A stretch of DNA of 42,467 bases from a virus (lineage: Duplodnaviria > Caudoviricetes). The position numbers were made by a program, and so were the translations under genes. The notes under the pieces are model-generated. The model saw nothing but the letters and a program-made list of their open reading frames with translations. It had not been told where the DNA came from and ran no database searches. Positions 16,834 to 25,802 of the stretch are shown here, piece after piece (positions within the stretch are counted from its first letter, which is position 1; each line of letters begins with the position of its first letter). The stretch covers positions 1-42,467 of the IMG/VR virus record IMGVR_UViG_3300024251_000017. One strand, written 5' to 3'.

Positions 16834-17840
16834 GCCGTTTTCCTCAGTGACCAGACTTCCGCAGCCTCATGCTTGCCGATCAGATCACAAATTCGCTCGA
16901 TCTCTTCGTCGCCAATATGCGGCCCGGTCGGAAGGCACAACCCGCGCTCCCAGATAGACTCAGAAACCTTGAATTTCTGCGACGTGCCAAATGCTCTCGT
17001 CAGATGCAGGGGCATGAAGACGGGTCGAGTCTCAATACCGGACATTTGCAGGTAGGCCGCAAGGGAAACCGGGTTGCGACTCTCGGCAACGAATAGCCAC
17101 TGCCCGCGCCCATCAATCCGCTCGGCGTAGTGCGCCGCATTCTTTGCCCTGGTCGCGACGAGTTCGTCAATCCTTTCAAGCTGCGCGCAGCCAATCGCTG
17201 CTTGCAGGTTGGTCATGCGGTAGTTAAGACCGGCGACAAGGGCATCGTATTTCTCATCAAAGCCGCCGTCGCGAAAATAAGTCGCAGCGCCTAACTTCCC
17301 GCAGAGCATTCCGCCTTCTCCGGTCGTCATTGGCTTGTTGCCGTAGAACGAATATGCCGTCAGCCAGCCTGCGGGGTTTACCAGCCCGAGAGCTTCACAG
17401 GCGTCCTCGATGATGGGAATTCCGCAGAACGATTCGCCTGGCACATGGCAGTTCTGTCCGTACAGGTGGACTGCAATAATTGCCTTGGTGCGCCGGGTGA
17501 TGAGTTTCGCAGCCTGATCCCAATTGATGCCGAAATCCTCGGTGACATCGCAAAGTCTGACGTTCGCGCCGAGCTGCTTGACCACGGAAGCGCACGCGGT
17601 AAAGGTAAGCGCCGGTACGATGACTTCATCGCCCGGCCCGATACCGAAAGTCATTAGGGCAATATGCAATGCACCCGTGCCACTGGAGCAGGCAATCGAG
17701 GAACGCCCTATCCATTGAGAGAACTCGTGTTCGAATCTATGCTCCCACACACCGCAGTGCGTGAGATAGCCCGAGTCCATTGCCTCTAGGAGATACTTGC
17801 GTTCGTTGCCGTCAAGCGACGGCTTCGCCAACGGTATCAT
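16830..17840 (-). CDS. DegT/DnrJ/EryC1/StrS PLP-dependent sugar aminotransferase (perosamine-synthase-like)
   Basis: SSGTGALH, GDEVIVP..TF.A, EDACEALG, PLP-lysine motif SFYGNK..TTGEGG, GLNYRMTNLQAAIG. Confidence 0.95.
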   Translation of the reverse strand: MIPLAKPSLDGNERKYLLEAMDSGYLTHCGVWEHRFEHEFSQWIGRSSIACSSGTGALHIALMTFGIGPGDEVIVPALTFTACASVVKQLGANVRLCDVTEDFGINWDQAAKLITRRTKAIIAVHLYGQNCHVPGESFCGIPIIEDACEALGLVNPAGWLTAYSFYGNKPMTTGEGGMLCGKLGAATYFRDGGFDEKYDALVAGLNYRMTNLQAAIGCAQLERIDELVATRAKNAAHYAERIDGRGQWLFVAESRNPVSLAAYLQMSGIETRPVFMPLHLTRAFGTSQKFKVSESIWERGLCLPTGPHIGDEEIERICDLIGKHEAAEVWSLRKTA

Positions 17841-18690
17841 GCTGCTCCCTAAGTAAGTGCGCCCACATCTCGCCGCTTATCATTTCCTCTGGTGTCCATT
17901 GCGCGTAAGCGAGGTCTGCCAACCACTGCTCTCGAGCTGGCGTTTTCACGTCGAAAAGGTCATCCCACGATCGGTTGGCAACAGGCAGTGCCATCGAACC
18001 TTCATCGAACGCAAATACGGGCACGCCTGCAATCGCCGCCTCCACTGCCAGGTTGGAGTTGAACGTCACCGCGACATCGCCATAGCGCCCACGGTCAGAC
18101 ATTGCTTCAAACGACTGATAGCAGCCTCTCGGCTCCGGCATTCTGGCAAGTGGATGCGGACGGAACCATACATTCGCATTCACCCTCAGATGGATTTCCT
18201 CGACCGCGCGATCAAGCCATTCGGCCAGGTTGATATGATCCACAGACGCATCCCACGGAACTTGTCCAGCCAGTACGACATCTCCGATTCGATTTGGCCT
18301 GACCCATGGCCTGAGAATAGCCGCTCGCCCTATGCGGTCGCACAATTTAGAAATGCGATCATCAGGCATTCCCTTATTGCGAAAATCCGCCCTGCCGTTA
18401 AGACCGTTAAGTCCAGCAGCGTAGTGGTGCCACGGCACATCACCGCGATTGAGGTATCCAGTTTCCAGCACCAGAGTATCGAAGCCGCGAGTCTTCTGGG
18501 CGCGCATTACTGCTCCGCGCGCATAACTCACCGGCACACGAGACTTGTAGACGCCGAATATCACGGCAAGCTTGGTCGGAGTGTATTTAGAAAGCGGCAG
18601 CAGTTCCTTTTCGCCAGGACATCCTGCAAACGCAGCCGCCAATACGAAATCATGCACGGGATTGCCGGAAAGGTAGAAGTTTGTTGTCAT
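17812..18690 (-). CDS. KpsC/KpsS-like (Capsule_synth) GT-B glycosyltransferase
   Basis: E.GY, QVPWDAS, FRPHP and VTFNSN.AVEA.IAGVP motifs. Confidence 0.7.
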   Translation of the reverse strand: MTTNFYLSGNPVHDFVLAAAFAGCPGEKELLPLSKYTPTKLAVIFGVYKSRVPVSYARGAVMRAQKTRGFDTLVLETGYLNRGDVPWHHYAAGLNGLNGRADFRNKGMPDDRISKLCDRIGRAAILRPWVRPNRIGDVVLAGQVPWDASVDHINLAEWLDRAVEEIHLRVNANVWFRPHPLARMPEPRGCYQSFEAMSDRGRYGDVAVTFNSNLAVEAAIAGVPVFAFDEGSMALPVANRSWDDLFDVKTPAREQWLADLAYAQWTPEEMISGEMWAHLLREQHDTVGEAVA

Positions 18691-19190
18691 AGATCGTTCC
18701 AGCACACCAGCACGCCGTCAGACTTCGCTTCCCTTGGCAATACTTCTCCTTCGGACTGTACGAAAATAAAGACATGCTTTTTGCCAAGCGACATCATCTT
18801 GTCGAAGGCTTGCTTTTGCGTGCCGCGCCAGTTGACCTGCGAACTCCATACCAGATCGTAGTATCCTTCGTGGTTCAGCACGTCCTCGCACCTGAAGTCT
18901 GCTTCAGGCGCCAAAGTCTTTGCCGCTTCGATCGCAGGCTTGTAAATGTCGATCCCGACGTACCCGCGCGGCTTCTTAAAGTGATAGAGGAATCCACCGT
19001 AACATCCCACGTCGAGGACTGATTCAAACTTGGAGAAGTCTGTTTCTCGCATGTGCTCCACGACGCGCAGCGTCAGCGGGTCGTCCTTTGGATTCGCAAT
19101 CTGTACGCGCGTGCGCTGAAGCATCAAATCCATACCTTCATCGCCATGCGGAAGCAGTTTGCACCGAGAAAGGATCGCAGGGGAAATCAC
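18687..19190 (-). CDS. Class I SAM-dependent methyltransferase
   Basis: VLDVGCYGG, YVGIDI, YDLV motifs. Confidence 0.85.
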   Translation of the reverse strand: MISPAILSRCKLLPHGDEGMDLMLQRTRVQIANPKDDPLTLRVVEHMRETDFSKFESVLDVGCYGGFLYHFKKPRGYVGIDIYKPAIEAAKTLAPEADFRCEDVLNHEGYYDLVWSSQVNWRGTQKQAFDKMMSLGKKHVFIFVQSEGEVLPREAKSDGVLVCWNDL

Positions 19191-19876
19191 GCGGCCTTCT
19201 CCGATTGGCTTGCGATGTAGGCTTCCAAGTCTTCCGGCGTCCCGAGAGGATGCATAGCAGAAGCCGGAATCTCGTAACTGGATATCGCGCCGTCAAAGTA
19301 ATTGAAGCTGGGTGCGACATAGAACTCGCCGTTCGTGCGGTCTTTCGCGGCGATCATAGCGTCTGCCGACTTCACGAAATCGCTCCCGCGCCGCCAGAAG
19401 TAAATCCCTGCCGTCGCCAGATCTGAGATTTCACGCTTCTCTGCGACTTCGACTACCAGCCCCTTGTTGGTGAGCACATACGACCATTTCGGCCCGCTGG
19501 CCCGGAAGGTGACGATGCCAGCATCAGCAGACTCGCCGATGAAATCTGCAATGGACATATCCACCAGTTGATCGCCATTGGCGATGATCATAGGATCGTC
19601 GTTGTCGATTATGTCGCGAGCGAGAAGAACCGTGCATGCCGCGCCTTCAGTCGCGCCATTGGCGGCAATGACCGTACACCCCTCCGCGCAAGCAAGGGCG
19701 TCGTTCGCGTGTTCCGAGCGCGCGATCAGATAAAGCCTACTAACGCCCTTGGGAACAATGTTCTCGATCACGCGCGCGACCATCGGCCGCCCCAGCACGT
19801 CAATGAACGGCTTGGGTTTCCGGTACGACGAGAACCGAGTGCCGCGCCCCGCGATCGGTATGACGAAGTTCAGCAA
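19187..19876 (-). CDS. Sugar/polyol-phosphate nucleotidyltransferase (NTP_transferase fold)
   Basis: VIPIAGRGTRF..KPKP, TEGAACTVL, NGDQ, EK..IS, NGEFYVAP, LGTPEDL; TTG start with a GGGAG RBS. Confidence 0.9.
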   Translation of the reverse strand: MLNFVIPIAGRGTRFSSYRKPKPFIDVLGRPMVARVIENIVPKGVSRLYLIARSEHANDALACAEGCTVIAANGATEGAACTVLLARDIIDNDDPMIIANGDQLVDMSIADFIGESADAGIVTFRASGPKWSYVLTNKGLVVEVAEKREISDLATAGIYFWRRGSDFVKSADAMIAAKDRTNGEFYVAPSFNYFDGAISSYEIPASAMHPLGTPEDLEAYIASQSEKAA

Positions 19877-20447
19877 GTTTTCTCCCTATGGCTTCAAACG
19901 AAACATCGTTGTATCCATCCACCTTCAGCACATGCGCACCGCTCGCTATAGCGGCACGCTCTCCAATATTTGAATCCTCTACAATCAGCGTCTCGCACGG
20001 AAGCGCCCTGAATTGCTTCATTGCCTTGAGATACATTTCCGGGCTTGGCTTGGGCTGGGCATCCTCGTTGCTGAAGACCGCATCCACGAATGCCGTAAGC
20101 CCAAGTTGGCTCAATGCCATGTCTACGGTTTCACGCACGGCGTTGGAGCACACGCCTATCGAATAGGATCTGTGAAGGAGCAGCAGCATTAGCACCTTGC
20201 TGAAATCCGGCCGCATCTCTGCGAGCAGCCTCATGGTTTCGGCCTGCTTGGTCACGGCGACATCCTCGGATGCGCCCAGCATCCTGAGCTTGATCCTGGT
20301 CGGCAATCCGTTGAACCTGCGCTCATGATCCGCGCGTGAAATCGGTGCGTAGTCGTGCGTCAGGAGCGCTCGGTTAAGCGCCTCGAAATGCAGCTCCGTC
20401 GCATCTAACAACACGCCGTCCAGATCAAACAGAATGCAGGTAATCAT
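19800..20447 (-). CDS. HAD-family phosphatase
   Basis: FDLDGVL, CSNA, KP.PE.Y and EDS..G..AA motifs. Confidence 0.9.
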   Translation of the reverse strand: MITCILFDLDGVLLDATELHFEALNRALLTHDYAPISRADHERRFNGLPTRIKLRMLGASEDVAVTKQAETMRLLAEMRPDFSKVLMLLLLHRSYSIGVCSNAVRETVDMALSQLGLTAFVDAVFSNEDAQPKPSPEMYLKAMKQFRALPCETLIVEDSNIGERAAIASGAHVLKVDGYNDVSFEAIGRKLAELRHTDRGARHSVLVVPETQAVH

Positions 20448-20964
20448 CCAGTTCTTCCGGGTAATCGGTGCAGATTCCAGCAACCCCGTCTTTTTTCCAG
20501 ACGCTCCACCAGTATTTCCTGCCGAGCAGGATATGAAGCTCCGGCGACACGCAATAGTGCCCAGGAGCGCTGCGGCGCATCGGCCTGTCCTGCCACACAG
20601 CACATCCGTTCATCGCCTCGCGCGGCATTCTCAGCTCATGCGGTATCGCCGCCGGATCAACACCGATCAGTTCCATGTCGAAAATCAGGCATTGCCCGCG
20701 CTTCTTCGCGAAGTCTATGAGTTCTTCTGTGTCCGAAGCTTCCTTGATATTGAGAAGGAGCAACCCTATGGTATCTTGCAGATCCCACAGACTTTCGCCG
20801 TCTCCTGGCTCATGGGTAAGTTTTCCCCCGCGCACGTCTATCTCGCAGCCCCATCCCCTGCCAAGGCACTCTCGGATGGCATGCACACGATTCTCCCGAT
20901 CGCTGTCGCGGCCGTTGAGATATCCCCTGTGCGATACGACTAATGTATTGATGGTCCCTCCCAC
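20425..20964 (-). CDS. GDPD/PLC-like phosphodiesterase-fold protein
   Basis: SHRG..N...EN, EIDV, VSPELH, ICTDYP. Confidence 0.75.
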   Translation of the reverse strand: MGGTINTLVVSHRGYLNGRDSDRENRVHAIRECLGRGWGCEIDVRGGKLTHEPGDGESLWDLQDTIGLLLLNIKEASDTEELIDFAKKRGQCLIFDMELIGVDPAAIPHELRMPREAMNGCAVWQDRPMRRSAPGHYCVSPELHILLGRKYWWSVWKKDGVAGICTDYPEELDDYLHSV

Positions 20965-21836
20965 TTAAGCTCATAGCGCGCCGAGACGTATGGACTCGGC
21001 TGCTGTGGCAGGAACTCGCAATCGACGTTGCCGAAAACACCCAAGCACGGATTTCGGAACGCGCCATCCAGGGAAGCGTTAATCACGGAAGTCTTAGTGC
21101 GCCCGGCGTACATGGCGAGCACCATCCCAAACCCGCTATGGGCGACGTAGACGCGCTCGGCGTGCTGAGCTGCGTGAATTTTCTGCCAGATCGTCCAGTT
21201 CTTCCCGTTAATACCACCGTCGATCTGATCGGAGATGAGAATAATGGGCTTGCCTTGTTCTGACAACCCATCGATAAATCCCTGCGCCCAGGCATCGAAC
21301 TGCGTCCCGCTCACGGCGTTCCTAGGCTTCTTCTTGCCGATGTCTTCACGCCTTAGCTGTACGACGATATAAGGCTCACCAGGCAGTTCCGGCGGTGCCA
21401 GTACGTCTGCGGATGCGATGAAGCCATTAACGGCGAGCTGCGCGCAAGCCCTGTCACTGTGCATGCGGATGATCTTCGGGCGCGTCGTGTAGGTCGCTGG
21501 AGGCAGGTATCCGCCGAACTGCGGATCGGGTAGCCACTGCGGCACTTCGATCTTGGCGCCTTTGAACGGGTGCATGAAATGCGTAGCGAGCACGGCATCG
21601 AAATCATCCGTCACCGGGGGCGCGTCCAACCATTCGCTCACGAATGCTGGTTTCGCAATGTAATCGCGATGCCTGAATCCGGCCTCGCAATGTCCAGTAC
21701 CAGCCGAGCCACCGTCGTAGACGGAAAACTCCATGTCGGGATACTTCGCCTTCAGTACCTGCGCACAGAAAAGCGCCGGGAAGCCGTCGCCCCATCCTTC
21801 CTGTCCGTTGACGGTAGTGGAGGCGTAGACTTTCAT
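20940..21836 (-). CDS. Putative GT-B glycosyltransferase, fucosyltransferase-like
   Basis: GWGD, VQLRRED, LISD and HSGFG resemble the GxGN/HxRRxD/xTD/SxF motifs of GT11/GT23-type enzymes. Confidence 0.5.
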   Translation of the reverse strand: MKVYASTTVNGQEGWGDGFPALFCAQVLKAKYPDMEFSVYDGGSAGTGHCEAGFRHRDYIAKPAFVSEWLDAPPVTDDFDAVLATHFMHPFKGAKIEVPQWLPDPQFGGYLPPATYTTRPKIIRMHSDRACAQLAVNGFIASADVLAPPELPGEPYIVVQLRREDIGKKKPRNAVSGTQFDAWAQGFIDGLSEQGKPIILISDQIDGGINGKNWTIWQKIHAAQHAERVYVAHSGFGMVLAMYAGRTKTSVINASLDGAFRNPCLGVFGNVDCEFLPQQPSPYVSARYELKWEGPSIH

Positions 21837-22438
21837 GTGCAGGCGTATACCAGATAGGCACCAGCGTCGCCCGGAATCACTTCCGGGTTCTTCTTCGATT
21901 GCTGGCAATGACGTTCAATCGTGTTCCAGCCCGTAGAGCGAAGCAATCCCTCGAATTCATCGGGCGTGTAGTGCCGCTGATGCGGATATTGATCACCGGC
22001 GAAATCTTCTGCCCTGAATGGCAGCACGAGTTCGTTCGGGACCGAGCAGATGAGACGCGGAGAACACTGACGGAACGATTTGAGCGCTGGCGTCGGATCA
22101 GGCAGATGCTCGATTGTCTCGAAGGAAACCACCCAATCAAAGCGGAGGGCGAGATTCAATTCGCACACGTCACCGCAAACGTACTGCGGCCCGGTGTAGT
22201 ATTCGCTCGCGGTCTTGATCGTATCCTTATCGATGTCTATCCCTAGCATTTGGCACCCTAGGCTTTGCAACAGGCACGATCCGTAACCAACACCGCATGC
22301 AGCATCGAGAACTACCCCGCGACAATACAACGCCGCGAACATATAACGGGCGAGATGATTGCGGCTCACCATCTGCACGCTGGTCGCTTGCTGACGCTCT
22401 CTTGAACGAACTCCGGCTACGGCTCCGGTTATGCTCAT
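21833..22438 (-). CDS. Class I SAM-dependent methyltransferase (glycan-locus type)
   Basis: H.ARY.FA, VLDAACGVGYGS, FD.VVSFETIEHL, S.PN, H.RHY. Confidence 0.9.
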   Translation of the reverse strand: MSITGAVAGVRSRERQQATSVQMVSRNHLARYMFAALYCRGVVLDAACGVGYGSCLLQSLGCQMLGIDIDKDTIKTASEYYTGPQYVCGDVCELNLALRFDWVVSFETIEHLPDPTPALKSFRQCSPRLICSVPNELVLPFRAEDFAGDQYPHQRHYTPDEFEGLLRSTGWNTIERHCQQSKKNPEVIPGDAGAYLVYACT

Positions 22439-23238
22439 TGCGCCACCATGATTCTGCGCGGTTCAACGATGTCGCCGGGACGCAGTTCTAAGTCGTCCTT
22501 GCGATTACCTTTGAAGTGCGTCATATATCGACCCAGAATCGTGTTGACTTGCGGGTGCATCGTTCCACGTGGAACATCTGATGCGATGTCAACGAACTCA
22601 GGGCCGTTGCCGAACACCTGCCGTATCGCATCGAAGCCGCCGCAGTCGTGCCAGTACTGCTGCGAGAAAATCGCCCCGCTCAGAAACACGTTGAGGTAGT
22701 TCTTCGCAAACCTGCTGGCATGCGGATGGTTGCCGTTAAAGCCTATGAATCCGGTTTCAGTGAAGTACCAGCCGTCACGCCCGAGGTAGCAGCAAAGCGC
22801 ATCATCCGGCAGCAACTGATCAAGCAACCATTCCGGCACCGGCGTATGCGTCACGGTATCGGCATCGATCCAGAAAACCTTGCCGCCGTACTTTCGCATC
22901 GCGTGCATTTCTATGAACGCCTTGCGTGCGTGGCGCGCGTCGTAGTTGATGTCGTACTGAGTTCCGATGACTCCGCGCATGATGGGAAAGCGCAGATTGT
23001 CCATGAACTCGGTAAGGTGCGGGACTTCCTCGATCGGATGCCATGAAATACCGTGCGTGAATTCAAAGCCCTCGCCCTCGTAGAACACGGTGAGGCGCAC
23101 ACCCGCCGGCCAGAAGCGCAGGAACGATTCGATAAAGCGCTGTCCATAGCGCTTGTATCCCTCCTCGTTGAAGGAGGTCACTACGTTTGGCAGCAGCTTG
23201 TCAGGCCGCTTGACGCTCGTTCCGGCTTCCAGAATCAC
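22435..23238 (-). CDS. GT-A glycosyltransferase
   Basis: VVTSF, WIDAD (DxD), ETGF, WHD, THFKG; likely GTG start at 23238. Confidence 0.75.
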   Translation of the reverse strand: MILEAGTSVKRPDKLLPNVVTSFNEEGYKRYGQRFIESFLRFWPAGVRLTVFYEGEGFEFTHGISWHPIEEVPHLTEFMDNLRFPIMRGVIGTQYDINYDARHARKAFIEMHAMRKYGGKVFWIDADTVTHTPVPEWLLDQLLPDDALCCYLGRDGWYFTETGFIGFNGNHPHASRFAKNYLNVFLSGAIFSQQYWHDCGGFDAIRQVFGNGPEFVDIASDVPRGTMHPQVNTILGRYMTHFKGNRKDDLELRPGDIVEPRRIMVAQ

Positions 23239-24586
23239 TGAACTTTTCCTCCAGTCGTTGACGTACTTCGGCGATCGGCCAGTCAGACCCTTGCTGCCTG
23301 AAAAGCTCGACCGATTTGGCCCAATGGAAATGCCTCCCCGATCTTCCGTACATCCAGATCGGACGGGAAGGAACGAGGCACCAGCATTCCTTCCCCAAGG
23401 CCCCAGCAGCATGCACCGCCGTCTGAGTAACCGTGATCACCATATCCAGCTCGGCAATCAAGGCGAGCGTGATGTCGTAGTCGTAGCACTGAACTGCCCA
23501 CGGCCAATGCATGATATTCAGGTTGTGCTTGGCATTGAACGCATCCAAATCCTTAGGCGGCTTGTACTCAAGGCTCACCCAGTGGGCATCGAACTCTAGG
23601 ATAGGAAGCAGGGTTTCCAGAGCGATCGAGCGCACCGCTTTTCCGGTAGGCGCGATTCCTCCGTTCCAGGTAATGCCGATGCGCGGCTTTTTCGGCAAAG
23701 AGTCAAAGCGCGCCTTGAACATAAGGCGTAGCTCTGGATCAGGGATCAGATATGCGCCACTCGGAAAGTCAGAGTTTGTGCGCCGGTAGAACTGCGGGAG
23801 TTGTCCGAAAGAGACGTGCGCATCGAAGTTCCGCCCGTTGACCCAAGTTATTTCGCTGTCGTAGCGCGTGCCGCGGACTTCCTGATCTGGAAATGTCCTG
23901 CGAAACACTGTCTCCAGCCGCTTATCGCACTCGATCACGACAGAAGCGCTATCGCGGATAAGATCGGCGATGCAGGAACCAAAGTTGATCTCGTCTCCAA
24001 TGCCCTGCTCTCCGAATACGACGAGGTTCTTCCCCTTGCTGCCATCCCAGCGCGGCTCACCGGAGTAGCAGCGCTCTTTGCGATCCTTGTTGTTGCCGAA
24101 GTTGCAGTTATAGCCTCTCCAGCCCTCTTCCCAGCGCTCCATGCCCAGATACGCCATGCCGCGGTTGACCATCGAGTCCATAAGCCCTGGCTTTTCTGCA
24201 ATGGCGCGACTGCAATAGCCGATTGCATCTTCAAAATTCGCCCTGTTGAGACTCACCAGTCCAACCCCGTCCAGAGAATTGACGAAGCGTTGATCTAAAG
24301 CGAGCGCCCTGCGGAACGCGCAATCCGCCTCATCGAAGCGCTGCATTTCGTAGCAGGTCTTGCCCAGGTTGTGCCACGCCGCGGCCATTTGCGGCACCAG
24401 TTCAACAGCGCGAGTCATCACCTGGTAGGCCAATCCCGGTTTTTCCAGTTTCAGGAATACGTAGCCCATGATATAGAGCGCGCGCGGGTCGTTCGGCTCG
24501 CTATCGAGGTACGGGCCGAGGACTTGCGTCGCGCCCTCGTAGTCACCGCTTTCCGCCTTGGCCGCGATGTCTGCGAAGTTGATCAT
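23201..24586 (-). CDS. TPR-repeat protein fused to a GT9-like glycosyltransferase
   Basis: About five TPRs (AWHNLG, NRG.AYL), then WDG...EQGIGD, RIG.TW.GG, D.VITV.....H.AGALG. Confidence 0.85.
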   Translation of the reverse strand: MINFADIAAKAESGDYEGATQVLGPYLDSEPNDPRALYIMGYVFLKLEKPGLAYQVMTRAVELVPQMAAAWHNLGKTCYEMQRFDEADCAFRRALALDQRFVNSLDGVGLVSLNRANFEDAIGYCSRAIAEKPGLMDSMVNRGMAYLGMERWEEGWRGYNCNFGNNKDRKERCYSGEPRWDGSKGKNLVVFGEQGIGDEINFGSCIADLIRDSASVVIECDKRLETVFRRTFPDQEVRGTRYDSEITWVNGRNFDAHVSFGQLPQFYRRTNSDFPSGAYLIPDPELRLMFKARFDSLPKKPRIGITWNGGIAPTGKAVRSIALETLLPILEFDAHWVSLEYKPPKDLDAFNAKHNLNIMHWPWAVQCYDYDITLALIAELDMVITVTQTAVHAAGALGKECWCLVPSRPIWMYGRSGRHFHWAKSVELFRQQGSDWPIAEVRQRLEEKFSDSGSRNERQAA

Positions 24587-24765
24587 TTAAGCGTGCTTTC
24601 GATATATGCTCGCAACGCGCTGAACTCGGCAGCGATTTCCTCCATGGTCCCTTCCACCTTCACCCAGTAACGGGTCTGGGGCTCGCGGTGCGTCAGGCCA
24701 AATTCGCAGTGCGGCTGGAATAACTTACGGCGCACGTCGGCCATAGTCGTCATCTGGTCATTCAC
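24583..24765 (-). CDS. Small hypothetical protein
   Basis: 60 aa; overlaps both neighbours by 4 nt. Confidence 0.55.
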   Translation of the reverse strand: MNDQMTTMADVRRKLFQPHCEFGLTHREPQTRYWVKVEGTMEEIAAEFSALRAYIESTLK

Positions 24766-25412
24766 GCCGTCTCCTTCATCCGCTTCAGCACAGGCGCCGC
24801 ATGCACCGAATTGCCCATGATCTCAGCCCAACTGACGCTAGAGGTCATAGAACGCACTTCGGCCTGGTATTCCTGGCCGAATTCGCAGTCTTTAGTCTCC
24901 GGGAAGATCGGAATGCCCTGGGTGAAATGGACGAGCTTCGCATCCTTATCCGGGTCGTCGTAGCCGACCAGGTGATTCCATTCGGAAGGAAGCGCTCCCA
25001 CTTCACCCCACTCGAACGAGAACGGATCGCCGTTTTCGACATACTCCGGAGTGAGTTTGTGGCACGCCTCGCAGTTAAACAGCATGAGGCTCGGCCATTC
25101 GTAACGCAGTTTGTTCTGCACGACTTGAACCGCGTATTTCGCGTCGTACATGTCAATGAGTTCGGCGATGTCTGAGCGCGCCATCATGTCGGCGTCCAGA
25201 AAAAGCGCCCGCCCGTAGTAGCCGCAAAGCCACGGCACCATGAACCTTGAATAGGTGAACTCCGTAAGCCCAGTCCTCTTGATCGGCAGCGAAGAGAGAA
25301 TGAGAGGAGTAATCGTGAGCGGCCTACTGCTGCGGCCAACAATCGAGCAGGCGAGCGCAAAAAACGCAATCGGTTGCCTTGGGTCCACGCCGATAAAGAT
25401 GCGGTCGATCAT
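24762..25412 (-). CDS. GT-A glycosyltransferase (GT8/CDI-like)
   Basis: IFIG.DPRQ, TEFTYSRF.VP.L, ALFLDADM, W.S.MLFN, LP.EWNHLVG, VHFT.G.P. Confidence 0.85.
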   Translation of the reverse strand: MIDRIFIGVDPRQPIAFFALACSIVGRSSRPLTITPLILSSLPIKRTGLTEFTYSRFMVPWLCGYYGRALFLDADMMARSDIAELIDMYDAKYAVQVVQNKLRYEWPSLMLFNCEACHKLTPEYVENGDPFSFEWGEVGALPSEWNHLVGYDDPDKDAKLVHFTQGIPIFPETKDCEFGQEYQAEVRSMTSSVSWAEIMGNSVHAAPVLKRMKETA

Positions 25413-25801
25413 CGCTGTGTTTCCTGCCATCCGCAGATTGTGATTTTCTGGATTACGGAGGCTGCCGGCGTCCCGAACTCGGCGACTACGGGGTTGCCTG
25501 TATTACACGGCATGTCCCAATAAAAACTCTGCGCGTTGGAACCACCGGCTGCCACGATGAAATCTAGGGATGCAAGCACCGTCCCGGCAATGGAAGCATC
25601 CCGGATGCTGCACGTCGAAGTCACCGCTGCCGCCGCCTGATTGCGAAGCGAGATATTGAGATTCGTCAGGTTCATAATCGCAGTGGGGACTTCTGGCGTC
25701 GGGGACGTTGCCACGCAAGTTGTATTCGCCGCTGGAGCGGCGGTTGCCGTCCACCGCTTCCCGAGCGTGTTCATCAACAGGCTGTCTGCATGTTTTGCCA
25801 T
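25409..25801 (-). CDS. Putative head decoration/virion protein
   Basis: Ala/Thr-rich beta-sandwich-like protein, 130 aa, downstream of the capsid gene. Confidence 0.6.
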   Translation of the reverse strand: MAKHADSLLMNTLGKRWTATAAPAANTTCVATSPTPEVPTAIMNLTNLNISLRNQAAAAVTSTCSIRDASIAGTVLASLDFIVAAGGSNAQSFYWDMPCNTGNPVVAEFGTPAASVIQKITICGWQETQR

Positions 25802-25802
25802 T

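Noticed and set aside
17857-18861. 334-aa plus-strand ORF, and the similar 33458..34585
   Set aside because: Antisense shadows of the well-supported glycosyltransferase and terL genes
16830-25412. Host-derived O-antigen/capsule island, or Gtr-type serotype-conversion locus
   Set aside because: Genes overlap flanking virion genes on both sides, and no flippase, polymerase or membrane GT is present
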